A stretch of DNA of 49,356 nt from a virus (Duplodnaviria; Caudoviricetes). The DNA lies in the IMG/VR virus record IMGVR_UViG_3300033153_005402, positions 1-49,356 of that record, one strand, 5' to 3'. The translations under genes were made by a program, and so were the position numbers. Positions 37,405 through 45,810 of this stretch are shown piece by piece (position 1 is the stretch's first letter; each line of letters starts with the position of its first letter). The notes below the pieces were generated by a model. That model did not search any database. It saw only the letters and a list, made by a program, of their open reading frames with translations, and was not told the DNA's origin.

Positions 37405-37752
37405 ATGAAACAAAGAAACTGCCAGCATTGCAAAAAAGAGTTGGTGAGCAAACCCTACAAGGGAACCTGGGATTACTGTTCGGCATGTTGCGACCGCCTT
37501 GAGGCCCTGGAGGATCTAATCCAGGAACAGCTAAATGATAATCTCCATAAGGAAAATGAAGAGGATGCCAACGGCGAAAAATGGATTTCAGTTTCCGGAG
37601 ATTTCGAGATGACGATAACCGATCACACCAAAGAAGAGGTAAGGGAGGTTTTTGATAACTGGATATCAAAAGAGATTGAGGATTCCGGTTACTACTGGTC
37701 CTATGTTGAAATGAAAGACAACGTTTATAACTGGTACGTTGACCAAAGATAA
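37405..37752 (+). CDS. Zn-finger hypothetical protein
   Basis: CQHC...CSAC motif, GAAAGGGG RBS. Confidence 0.7.
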   Translation: MKQRNCQHCKKELVSKPYKGTWDYCSACCDRLEALEDLIQEQLNDNLHKENEEDANGEKWISVSGDFEMTITDHTKEEVREVFDNWISKEIEDSGYYWSYVEMKDNVYNWYVDQR

Positions 37753-37765
37753 AGGGGGATTAACT

Positions 37766-37972
37766 ATGGCATATCAAGAAAGGTCTGGGTTTTGTGACAC
37801 CTGCAAAAAACAGGTAATGGTTAGAAGGGCGGGGACAAGTCATTTGTTGCATTTGATTTTAACCTGTTTAACCATGGGCCTGTGGTTAATAGTCTGGTTA
37901 CTATCTTCCGTCAAAGTAGGCGGCTGGCGTTGTACTAATTGCGGTAGCGTTGTTAAAAAGAACATAGGCTAA
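37766..37972 (+). CDS. Zn-ribbon membrane protein (LITAF-like architecture)
   Basis: CDTC - hydrophobic HLLHLILTCLTMGLWLIVW - CTNCG. Confidence 0.72.
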   Translation: MAYQERSGFCDTCKKQVMVRRAGTSHLLHLILTCLTMGLWLIVWLLSSVKVGGWRCTNCGSVVKKNIG

Positions 37973-37985
37973 AGGGGGGTTAATA

Positions 37986-38264
37986 ATGATTACTCAAGAG
38001 GATTTAAAACGGTATGCAAAACTAGAAAAGGCGGCGGCGGAATACAAGGAATTGAGAGAAAAGATTATTGAGGAATTGGAATTGGGATGGATGCCAAAGA
38101 AAGGCAAGTTAGGTATTGAATGGGGCCGCCATATAGTGAGGTCTGTGAAATGGCGTAATATTGTTAAGAGGTTAAAGGGGGAGGAATACTGTAAAAAACA
38201 AATGAAAAAGGCCTCTGAGTCTTACCGCTATACAATTAAGGTATTCAGAAAGGCCAAGGTTTAA
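37986..38264 (+). CDS. Basic hypothetical protein
   Basis: RBS and operon packing. Confidence 0.68.
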   Translation: MITQEDLKRYAKLEKAAAEYKELREKIIEELELGWMPKKGKLGIEWGRHIVRSVKWRNIVKRLKGEEYCKKQMKKASESYRYTIKVFRKAKV

Positions 38265-38359
38265 TCATGGTTGCCCCCCGGCCAACGGGTTTATACTACC
38301 ACCTTTTCACGTTGCAACCGGGGGCGGCCGCCTTACATAAACATATCAAGGGGGATATC

Positions 38360-38518
38360 ATGAACATAAAAACATTAAGACTGTTACAACTAAAGGCCCT
38401 GTCACTGGCCAACGATTGGCCGCCAGAGGTAAGGGAATACCACAAAGAGGAATTAACGGATCTCTCCATTGGGGATGCCGCAACCATAGAAACAATATTG
38501 GGGGTTTCAAATGACTAA
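38360..38518 (+). CDS. Hypothetical protein
   Basis: AAGGGGG RBS before the ATG at 38360. Confidence 0.5.
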   Translation: MNIKTLRLLQLKALSLANDWPPEVREYHKEELTDLSIGDAATIETILGVSND

Positions 38519-38735
38519 ACCAGTTAACAACAGATGCGATCACATTCCGCAAAGGACAATAGAGAATATCTATTTCCCAGACGGCCGCCTAATTCAAGAG
38601 GTCCGGGAATGGTGCCGCCTAAAGGAAATGTCTCTCTCTGGGTTTATCCGTGAGGCACTAAAGAAAGAGTTGGCCCGGGTAGGGAAAAAGGAACCGGCGG
38701 CCGCCAAGGAAATCAAGGCCCGGATATACAAATAA
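38511..38735 (+). CDS. Ribbon-helix-helix (Arc/CopG-like) regulator
   Basis: IENIYFP beta strand followed by LIQEVREWCRLKEMSLSGFIREAL. Confidence 0.7.
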   Translation: MTKPVNNRCDHIPQRTIENIYFPDGRLIQEVREWCRLKEMSLSGFIREALKKELARVGKKEPAAAKEIKARIYK

Positions 38736-38759
38736 AAAAGACGGGGCCGAAACCCCGCC
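38734..38759 (-). terminator. Terminator at the convergence of the two arms
   Basis: Minus strand GGCGGGG-TTTCGG-CCCCGTC-TTTTTT. Confidence 0.7.
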
Positions 38760-38784
38760 TAGCACAACTCATGAAAGACATTCT

Positions 38785-39063
38785 TTATTTACTTTTTTTA
38801 ACGTGTTTTTTGTATGCCTTATGAATTGTTTTTCCTACTCCCTTTTTCTTGTCAACACTGGATTCAATCGCTCCCGCCATTTTATCCCCGTAGGAATGGC
38901 CTCCATTCTTTCTTGATTGAATAACCTCCATTACATGGATTAAACCTTTCTTCCAACCCCGGGCCCGTACCCATTGATAGATTGTGGTAATGGCTAGGAT
39001 TACACCCCCCAGGATTTCAGCATTGCCTCTGGTCATATATTTATCAATACCCCCGATTTCCAT
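38785..39063 (-). CDS. Holin-like single-TM protein
   Basis: N-terminal TM and basic C-terminus, at the end of the late cassette. Confidence 0.5.
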   Translation of the reverse strand: MEIGGIDKYMTRGNAEILGGVILAITTIYQWVRARGWKKGLIHVMEVIQSRKNGGHSYGDKMAGAIESSVDKKKGVGKTIHKAYKKHVKKSK

Positions 39064-39064
39064 A

Positions 39065-39541
39065 TTACACCCTTTTCTTTTTCTTGGGCGGGACCAGAAC
39101 AGCTATCAGGGCATCGAGTTTACCGCCTGCCATTTTTCCGCCCTTGTTATAAACAAACATTGCCGCAAAGATCATTAGAATGAATTCATACCAGACCATG
39201 GGTTTTTCTCCCCGGGCCTCCCGCTGTTCGTTCTCCTGGGCAAAGGCAGAATGAAATCGGCTAGTACCGGCCGCCACTTCGATATAATCAACCACCCCGT
39301 CACCATTGATATCTAAATCCGCCATGGTGATCCCCATGGCCTCTAGTTCCTCTTTCTTTCCCTGGGCCTGCATTTCAACAGCGGCAAGGGCCGCCTCTTT
39401 GCCTTTATCAAGAATAAACTTTCCATTCTCATCCCAATAGGCCTTTAGTTCTCCCTTAACGATATCAACCATTTTATCCCTGGTTATACCGCAACCGGAA
39501 ACCAACAAACAAACAACACCGATCAACAATAATTTTCTCAT
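39065..39541 (-). CDS. Lipoprotein with an EF-hand-like loop and C-terminal TM (u-spanin-like topology)
   Basis: Lipobox LVSGC, loop DINGDGVVDYIE and TM WYEFILMIFAAMFVY. Confidence 0.6.
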   Translation of the reverse strand: MRKLLLIGVVCLLVSGCGITRDKMVDIVKGELKAYWDENGKFILDKGKEAALAAVEMQAQGKKEELEAMGITMADLDINGDGVVDYIEVAAGTSRFHSAFAQENEQREARGEKPMVWYEFILMIFAAMFVYNKGGKMAGGKLDALIAVLVPPKKKKRV

Positions 39542-39542
39542 G

Positions 39543-39827
39543 TCAAATACCTTTCATTGCCCCACCGGCAATAGTTACGACAACTCGCCCAACCATATCT
39601 AAGGTTGCCCGGGCTGTCTCAGTTTTTTCTATTTCCTTATTGATTAAAAGATCTGCCTTTTCTAGTTCTTCCCATTCGGCATACTTGGCCTGGATTTCAT
39701 TTATCTTAGCCTCCCGGCCGTCAACCAGGGCGGTAAAGAATGTGGCCAATGCCCGGGCCATTGGTAATATTAATTCCCTGTTCTCCCTGGCGTGTTTAAT
39801 GAAGTCGTTGATCTCTTTGTAGTTCAT
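39543..39827 (-). CDS. Helical hypothetical protein in the lysis-position cassette
   Basis: Operon packing, amphipathic C-terminus. Confidence 0.6.
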   Translation of the reverse strand: MNYKEINDFIKHARENRELILPMARALATFFTALVDGREAKINEIQAKYAEWEELEKADLLINKEIEKTETARATLDMVGRVVVTIAGGAMKGI

Positions 39828-40096
39828 TCTGGTTTATCCTTTTTGCCTTCTGCCCAAACCCTAAGAGATTTTATATTATTTTTCAATAGCAATGCTGTTC
39901 CCAATCGGCGTTCCGTTCCCTGGTCCGGGTAAAGTTTCTCCCTGGCCATTTGCTGATCAAAGTACTTGCTGGCTATTGGTTCCATTTTAATCATGGCCTT
40001 TTTAATATTGCCCGGCGGAAGGTAGCAACCTCCCAGGTAGAGGCAAACAACCCCGAACAAGATCCATCTAAAGTATCTCTTTTTCGATATTCTCAT
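39824..40096 (-). CDS. Small lipoprotein
   Basis: Basic n-region, hydrophobic h-region and lipobox LGGC. Confidence 0.65.
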   Translation of the reverse strand: MRISKKRYFRWILFGVVCLYLGGCYLPPGNIKKAMIKMEPIASKYFDQQMAREKLYPDQGTERRLGTALLLKNNIKSLRVWAEGKKDKPE

Positions 40097-40502
40097 TTAA
40101 CAGAACGTCCAATCTCTGGGATTGAGTTTCAAGTTTTTTTTCCGTATATTGCAGAACCACCCGGGAAAGATCCTCCCTGGTAATCGGTTTGGTTATTATC
40201 GCTAGGGGTTCTTTTAATCCTCTAAATTTCATTTCCTCTTTTACTCTCCTGGTTTCCAAGGCGGTTAAAACTATTATCTGGTATCTATGCCCGTTCAGTT
40301 TGTCCATGAATTCGTAACCGTTCATTAGGGGCATCATGATATCTAATATAATTAAATCTACCTCCCCGCCATGGTCCTTTAGGTACTCAATACTCGGCAC
40401 TGGATTGGAGAATTCAACGGCATTAAATCCCATTGATTCGATATGTTTATTTAGAATCGTTCTTAATGCGGAATCATCTTCTATTATGACTATGTTTTTC
40501 AT
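40068..40502 (-). CDS. Single-domain response regulator (CheY-like receiver)
   Basis: IIEDD, DLIILDIMMPLMNGYEF, IVLTA and ITKP: all phosphoacceptor-site residues present. Confidence 0.92.
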   Translation of the reverse strand: MKNIVIIEDDSALRTILNKHIESMGFNAVEFSNPVPSIEYLKDHGGEVDLIILDIMMPLMNGYEFMDKLNGHRYQIIVLTALETRRVKEEMKFRGLKEPLAIITKPITREDLSRVVLQYTEKKLETQSQRLDVLLNENIEKEIL

Positions 40503-40503
40503 G

Positions 40504-40815
40504 TTATCCCTTATTCATGTAGCTGGCCATTGCGCCCACCAATGCCGATAAAATTAACATCAGGATACCGCTAATCAGTTTCCAGGTTTTATCGTTTCTC
40601 TCTTTTAGTCTCTCCCTTATGTCCTTTATGGCCTTTTCGCTCTGGCAAACCCTGGCCTTTAGCAATTCATTTTCAGTATAGAGTTCTGTTTGATAGTCTT
40701 TGATTTCCTTGATATCTTCTTTTAGCTCCCGGCTGTTTTCTTTCCCGTCATCAAGTCGCCTGAATAGGGTGTCTATCTTTCCAATTATCTCTATTAGTTT
40801 TTCATTGCTAGGCAT
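40504..40815 (-). CDS. Coiled-coil protein with a C-terminal TM (holin/XhlA-like)
   Basis: Coiled coil followed by WKLISGILMLILSALVGAMA. Confidence 0.6.
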   Translation of the reverse strand: MPSNEKLIEIIGKIDTLFRRLDDGKENSRELKEDIKEIKDYQTELYTENELLKARVCQSEKAIKDIRERLKERNDKTWKLISGILMLILSALVGAMASYMNKG

Positions 40816-40834
40816 TGCTATATAATACCCCAAT

Positions 40835-40865
40835 AAAAAAGAGGGGGGAACAGAATTCCCCCCCC
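40835..40865 (-). terminator. Intrinsic terminator after the tail-fibre region
   Basis: Minus strand GGGGGGAA-TTCTG-TTCCCCCC-TCTTTTTT. Confidence 0.72.
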
Positions 40866-40889
40866 GTTGGGTTTAATTACAAACTAAGA

Positions 40890-42806
40890 TTAAACAACCT
40901 TAGAAAGAACAAACATTTCTCCATTGACTGCAACACCAATACCGGCGGCCTCATCGTTAGTAATAATGGCCTTTACTCTTGGCCCGGTTCCGGATACCGC
41001 ATCATAACCCGAGAGATCATGTAATGCGCCAACGTCAAAGGCATCGCCAAAGGTTGTACCGTCTGGAGAGTACTTTAACTGAACGCCAGATCCGGCGGCC
41101 TTTGCGGCACCCGTGGTTTTCATGGCCTCAATATTGAGAACCTGTAACCTGTTGGCACTGGCAATAAGACTAAATGCGCCATCTTCGCTAATATATTCAC
41201 CAGCGGCGGCGTATGTCTTGGTTGCCTTTGTCCACAATTTCACATTGTCAATAAACAGATTGCCAACAAATTTATTTCCAAAATTAACATCTGTGTATCT
41301 TATGCCTTCACTGACCAATAATGATTTATCCATAACCCCCGCTGATGCGGTATAAAACCGGCCCTGGTATACCACTTTGTCATTGATGTACATTTTTACC
41401 ATGGTGTAATATTCGCCCGGTCTTTCGGGGGCGGCAACCCATGTATCAAATGATCCCAATTCAATGCGTATTTTCATGGCGGCACCAATGAAGGCAGTAA
41501 TGTCAATACTCGGGGCCTGATTCCAGGTAGAGCCGATAAGAGTATCAGCTGCATCAAAACAACCGATAAATCCCATGGTTCGGGCGGCCCCCTGAAATGG
41601 CCTCATGAAATAATCACTTCCAGATTTTACTATCGTATACCAGAATTCCAAACCAAAAGGCCAGTTTGCCTGAGTTGCATCAGCACACCAGAATTGCTGG
41701 CCACCAAACATAGTACCCGGAACGGTCCCAAGAGTTGCCGCTGAATAATCAGCCTCATGTTCAAAACCAATAACTCCGATATCTGTTGGAGTCCATAAAA
41801 TTTCAAATGGATTGGTTAGAAAGTTGTCAAGATACATTAGGCTAGTACCACCCGATCCGCCTGCGGAAACTGCCTTTAATCTTCCAGCATCTATGGAAAG
41901 AGTTGTTCCAGAGGCAACGGTATCATAATCAACCCCACCCCCCGTTTCTGTAAAATCAATATCAAGATCAGCTGTGCTAAGAGTAGAAAGAACGGCTGGC
42001 AATGATCCTCTATTTCCAACTACCTCAACCATGAAATCTGATCCCAATCCAGCCAAATCAATTTCATCTAATCCGATAATATATGATTCAACTGAACAAC
42101 AGGCATCAACAAGTTTTAGAATGCCAACCCTAGCATCAAGGGCCCCGGAAGACATATCTATAAGGGATGAAATATCAACCTTGTTTTTCTTTATGTCGCT
42201 AACGGCATCATCTAAATCTTTTGCCAATTCTTTATCAACTAGATTATTAAATCCCAACTTGCCAACATAACCGGGCGTTTGATCAATCTTTGTCACCAAA
42301 CCAGATTCAACGGTTAATCTCATAACTAAAACAGAACCATTAACGATCCGGGATTCATCCGTATTAGCGTTAATAGTCATGGTGGAACGGTTGGCCAAAT
42401 CTGCTACCACTTCTATTGACATTCCCTCTTGTTTTCGTTGATATTCAACAACCAATCCAGTAACTAAAACATAGGCGGGGCCAGTATAATCAACAGGAAA
42501 ACCACCCTTGGCCAGCACATCAATTTTCCTCATGGTTGCGGTCATGAAAACTGCATCGTCAGGATCGGGAAGAGTAAAAGAACCATTACCAATAATAGAT
42601 CCGCCTGCATCGATAGCAAGGCCACGGGTCAACCAAACATATTTACTGTTTGGGCTGTCCAAATAACCCTTATATCCATTCACAATACCAGTTGAAAACA
42701 ACTGATAGAGAAGGCCAGTTGATCTAACTACCCGGTTATGATCCGGAACCTTTTTCTTTAATCCATCTACTCCAAATACTTCCACCTCGGTTGTCGGTTG
42801 TACCAT
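40890..42806 (-). CDS. Large putative tail/receptor-binding protein with a lectin-like beta-sandwich region
   Basis: 638 aa, beta-rich, with ConA/LamG-like VKMYINDKVV...LFIDNVKLW pattern, in the tail-fibre locus. Confidence 0.55.
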   Translation of the reverse strand: MVQPTTEVEVFGVDGLKKKVPDHNRVVRSTGLLYQLFSTGIVNGYKGYLDSPNSKYVWLTRGLAIDAGGSIIGNGSFTLPDPDDAVFMTATMRKIDVLAKGGFPVDYTGPAYVLVTGLVVEYQRKQEGMSIEVVADLANRSTMTINANTDESRIVNGSVLVMRLTVESGLVTKIDQTPGYVGKLGFNNLVDKELAKDLDDAVSDIKKNKVDISSLIDMSSGALDARVGILKLVDACCSVESYIIGLDEIDLAGLGSDFMVEVVGNRGSLPAVLSTLSTADLDIDFTETGGGVDYDTVASGTTLSIDAGRLKAVSAGGSGGTSLMYLDNFLTNPFEILWTPTDIGVIGFEHEADYSAATLGTVPGTMFGGQQFWCADATQANWPFGLEFWYTIVKSGSDYFMRPFQGAARTMGFIGCFDAADTLIGSTWNQAPSIDITAFIGAAMKIRIELGSFDTWVAAPERPGEYYTMVKMYINDKVVYQGRFYTASAGVMDKSLLVSEGIRYTDVNFGNKFVGNLFIDNVKLWTKATKTYAAAGEYISEDGAFSLIASANRLQVLNIEAMKTTGAAKAAGSGVQLKYSPDGTTFGDAFDVGALHDLSGYDAVSGTGPRVKAIITNDEAAGIGVAVNGEMFVLSKVV

Positions 42807-42898
42807 TTCAATGCCCCTTTCTTTAGCCGTTAGGCTGATTAAAAAGAATTAATTATCAATAGCCTGTAACATAACAGACTGTCGCTAACCGTCAATAA

Positions 42899-43090
42899 TT
42901 ATTCCGTCATTTCCGCTATCACAAAATCTCTAACAGTATGGGAAGAATTGTGGCCGCCGGGATTAGGGCAACAAGTATGGGGGGTAGCTGGCGCCACCCC
43001 CGTACACTTGCTGGTATTGTCAATATCAGTTTGAGATTCCCTGCAATAATCTTGGCATGTCTCACACCATACCCTAACCGTATACGCCAT
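42899..43090 (-). CDS. Small Cys/His-rich protein related to the N-terminus of the upstream fibre
   Basis: YTVRVWCET...HTCCPN...HTV versus IYRMWCTD...PTECPNNAGHSI, AAAGGA RBS. Confidence 0.6.
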   Translation of the reverse strand: MAYTVRVWCETCQDYCRESQTDIDNTSKCTGVAPATPHTCCPNPGGHNSSHTVRDFVIAEMTE

Positions 43091-43100
43091 GATTTATCCT

Positions 43101-44657
43101 TTACTCACTTAGTAGGATTGCCGAAACGTTACAGGCGGAAGGACCATCAAAATATTTGATCTGAGTCTCAAACATGGCCGCCCCCGCTGGTTTGTCGGCT
43201 AAGGTTCCCAGGTCCATTAACGTGGGTTCATTAACCGTAATATCGGATTTCTCTACAATAACCTTAGCATTAGTTAGATCATAAATTCTAAGGCCAACTG
43301 TCTTACCAGAAGTACCGGCCCAAACAATCGCCTTGATTGTTGCCAAATTAAAATCAGTAGTTCCCGGAAAAATGAACCGATGAACAACAGCATAATTAGC
43401 AACGTTCTTGCCAAGGTAAGGATTACTGCCGTCTGAACAATCAATATGCAACCTAGCGGTAATTCCACCGGGTTTATTGGTAAGGTTGTCCCAATGTACT
43501 TGGGCCTGCCCGGAGGTCTGCATATTTGTTTTAGTATAATGATCGTCGGTATGGCCATGATCGCCCTGGGCAACTTGGCTAGATCCTGTACCTACCGGCA
43601 TCTGAGCAAAGGCCAGCAATCCCGATCCATTAAGTTGAGGGAATTTATCGGCGGTCGCTGTCAAAACATGATCGGTTAAAAGAGGATAACGGGCATCGCC
43701 CCGGGCATCGGTATGGTAAATCGAATGGTCATCATCCGATAATCCCGCAAGATTTCCATGATCCACTGTTTCACCAAATGATTGCCATGCTGAATCGCCA
43801 TAGCGGATCTGTAAATTTTCGTCTAAAACAGAAGTAACCATTCCCTCTGATGGAACCGTGAAATCCCAACCCGGATCGGTGAATTGCGCTATCTGGCCAT
43901 CCTTGCCGGACCAATCGCCACTACCACCGGCCGCCACAAGGTAACGGTCACCCAATGTTTCGCCACCTGGAGGGGCGGTCAAGTCTCTATCTATTACTGG
44001 CAATTTCCAGATAACACCCTGGACCGCTGAGTCAACATATCCCATAGTTGCAAGGTGGGCATCTGCTGTTGGAGTCACACCGGAGACAACGCCACTAAAG
44101 GCCCTGGTCCCGTCTGCCAGAGAGTATAAAGTATGATCGTCATCATCTTTGCCGGTCAATGCCCCGTGATCGTGATTGTGATCGCCTTGTGCAACCTGGG
44201 AGGAACCAGATCCAACGGGCATTTGTGCAAACGCTAGAAGGCCGGAACCGTCTAACTTCGGTAATTTGCCAGCCGTTGCGGTTAAAACAAAATCAGTTTT
44301 AACGTGATAATCTGAATTGTGGTCATGGGCTAATGCCGAATAGGTGGCATCGTGATTATGGGCAAGGGCTGAATAAGTCGCATCGTGATTATGGGCCAAT
44401 GCGGAATAGGTAGCGTCATGGTCATGACCGCTGGCCGAATATGCCGCATCATGATTGTGATCGCCTTCCGATATTTGCCCGGCCCCTGTGCCAAAATCTA
44501 AACTCGTATCCTCTTGAACAGCACTAATAGAGGCCTCTACTATTGAATGCCCCGCATTGTTTGGGCATTCCGTTGGTACGGATGAAACAAAATCCGTATA
44601 AACAAAATCCGCCTCATCTGTACACCACATTCGATAAATTATTTGTCCTGCCGCCAT
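43101..44657 (-). CDS. Tail fibre-like protein with HxH repeats and a DUF2793-like domain
   Basis: HNHDATYSALA repeats, and GDRYLVAAGGSGDWSGKDGQIA...PSEGM motif. Confidence 0.72.
   Translation of the reverse strand: MAAGQIIYRMWCTDEADFVYTDFVSSVPTECPNNAGHSIVEASISAVQEDTSLDFGTGAGQISEGDHNHDAAYSASGHDHDATYSALAHNHDATYSALAHNHDATYSALAHDHNSDYHVKTDFVLTATAGKLPKLDGSGLLAFAQMPVGSGSSQVAQGDHNHDHGALTGKDDDDHTLYSLADGTRAFSGVVSGVTPTADAHLATMGYVDSAVQGVIWKLPVIDRDLTAPPGGETLGDRYLVAAGGSGDWSGKDGQIAQFTDPGWDFTVPSEGMVTSVLDENLQIRYGDSAWQSFGETVDHGNLAGLSDDDHSIYHTDARGDARYPLLTDHVLTATADKFPQLNGSGLLAFAQMPVGTGSSQVAQGDHGHTDDHYTKTNMQTSGQAQVHWDNLTNKPGGITARLHIDCSDGSNPYLGKNVANYAVVHRFIFPGTTDFNLATIKAIVWAGTSGKTVGLRIYDLTNAKVIVEKSDITVNEPTLMDLGTLADKPAGAAMFETQIKYFDGPSACNVSAILLSE
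44318..44462 (-). repeat. Coding 33-bp tandem repeat (H[ND]HDA[TA]YSA[LS][AG] x4)
   Basis: Four 11-aa units with synonymous codon variation. Confidence 0.8.
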
Positions 44658-44680
44658 GTGTTACCCCCTTTGGTATTTGG

Positions 44681-45793
44681 CTAACTGGTTATCAAAACAC
44701 TTGATACACGTGCCGCCGCCGACTGAGAATTATATCTAACTTGAACCTCCCACATTGCCTTTCCTGCCGGGATTACTCCCGTTATCGGTAAGGTATGCAT
44801 CGTTGGTAATACGTCTGTAATGTTTAATTTCTGGGCTATGACTACCGCATTTGTAAAATCATAGATCATAATATCCTGGCCTCTAGATCCATTGCTGGTC
44901 CAGATGATAGCGGTAATATCAGAGGGAGTCATAAATGTTGAACCAGGAAAAACAAATCTATTAAGAGTTGTATAATTTACCGCTGATTTTGAAACGAATG
45001 GATTATTACCGTCATTCAGATCGATATTAAGAGCTAATCCCATACTTGAATGTGTATGATCCCCCTGGGCTACCTGATCCGATCCCGTTCCGATATCGCC
45101 ATTGGTTCCCAAGTTATCCTTTGTAACCTGTAGGGCGGCCTCCCCGTCTGTATATTTCGCATGGTGCGCCGATGCGTTACCCGCATGGGCGGTAATGTCT
45201 GAATCAATTTCTCCGGAAATATCAGAATAGGTTTTACTCCCCGCACCGTCCACAATGGCGATAGCAAGATCAACCCGATCCCCTGCCTCCCCTGAATCGT
45301 AATCAAGAACGGCCATATATTGAGGGTGATCGTTAGCGTCTAAATCATCGAGATTACTATGGGATACCAGGGTTGCCATTAACACCCAGGTTGATCCGTT
45401 GTGGATATAAATCTTGTTCTCATCTTCAACGGTCAGGGCGAATCCCTCATCTGGAATAACCTCTACCCAGGAAACGGTATCAAGATCATAGGTGTAAATA
45501 TAATCTGTTGTCCAACCGTTGGCCGTTGCCGATGCGATATAGCGATCCCCGTCTGAGGGACCAACCGGAAGATTAGGAGTAGGATCATAAATAGATAAAA
45601 CCGAATTCTGCCAATCAACACCGGAACCAGATCCGCCCCCGCCTGCCTCTATGGCCTCTTGAATATCTTCCCAGGTGACACTACCCCCGGCCCCGTCATC
45701 TAGGGATTCTGCTATATCAACCTTGCCGGAATTATTGGTATCGTATGTCTTTTTATCTAAATTTCCATCGTCAAATATTCCAGTATAACCCAT
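44681..45793 (-). CDS. Tail fibre-like protein, paralog of 43101..44657
   Basis: GDRYIA...PDEGF...DENKIY, VAQGDHTH, and the shared C-terminal RFVFPG...IYDFTN...WEVQ domain. Confidence 0.72.
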   Translation of the reverse strand: MGYTGIFDDGNLDKKTYDTNNSGKVDIAESLDDGAGGSVTWEDIQEAIEAGGGGSGSGVDWQNSVLSIYDPTPNLPVGPSDGDRYIASATANGWTTDYIYTYDLDTVSWVEVIPDEGFALTVEDENKIYIHNGSTWVLMATLVSHSNLDDLDANDHPQYMAVLDYDSGEAGDRVDLAIAIVDGAGSKTYSDISGEIDSDITAHAGNASAHHAKYTDGEAALQVTKDNLGTNGDIGTGSDQVAQGDHTHSSMGLALNIDLNDGNNPFVSKSAVNYTTLNRFVFPGSTFMTPSDITAIIWTSNGSRGQDIMIYDFTNAVVIAQKLNITDVLPTMHTLPITGVIPAGKAMWEVQVRYNSQSAAARVSSVLITS

Positions 45794-45810
45794 AGCAAAC
45801 CCCTTTCAGG

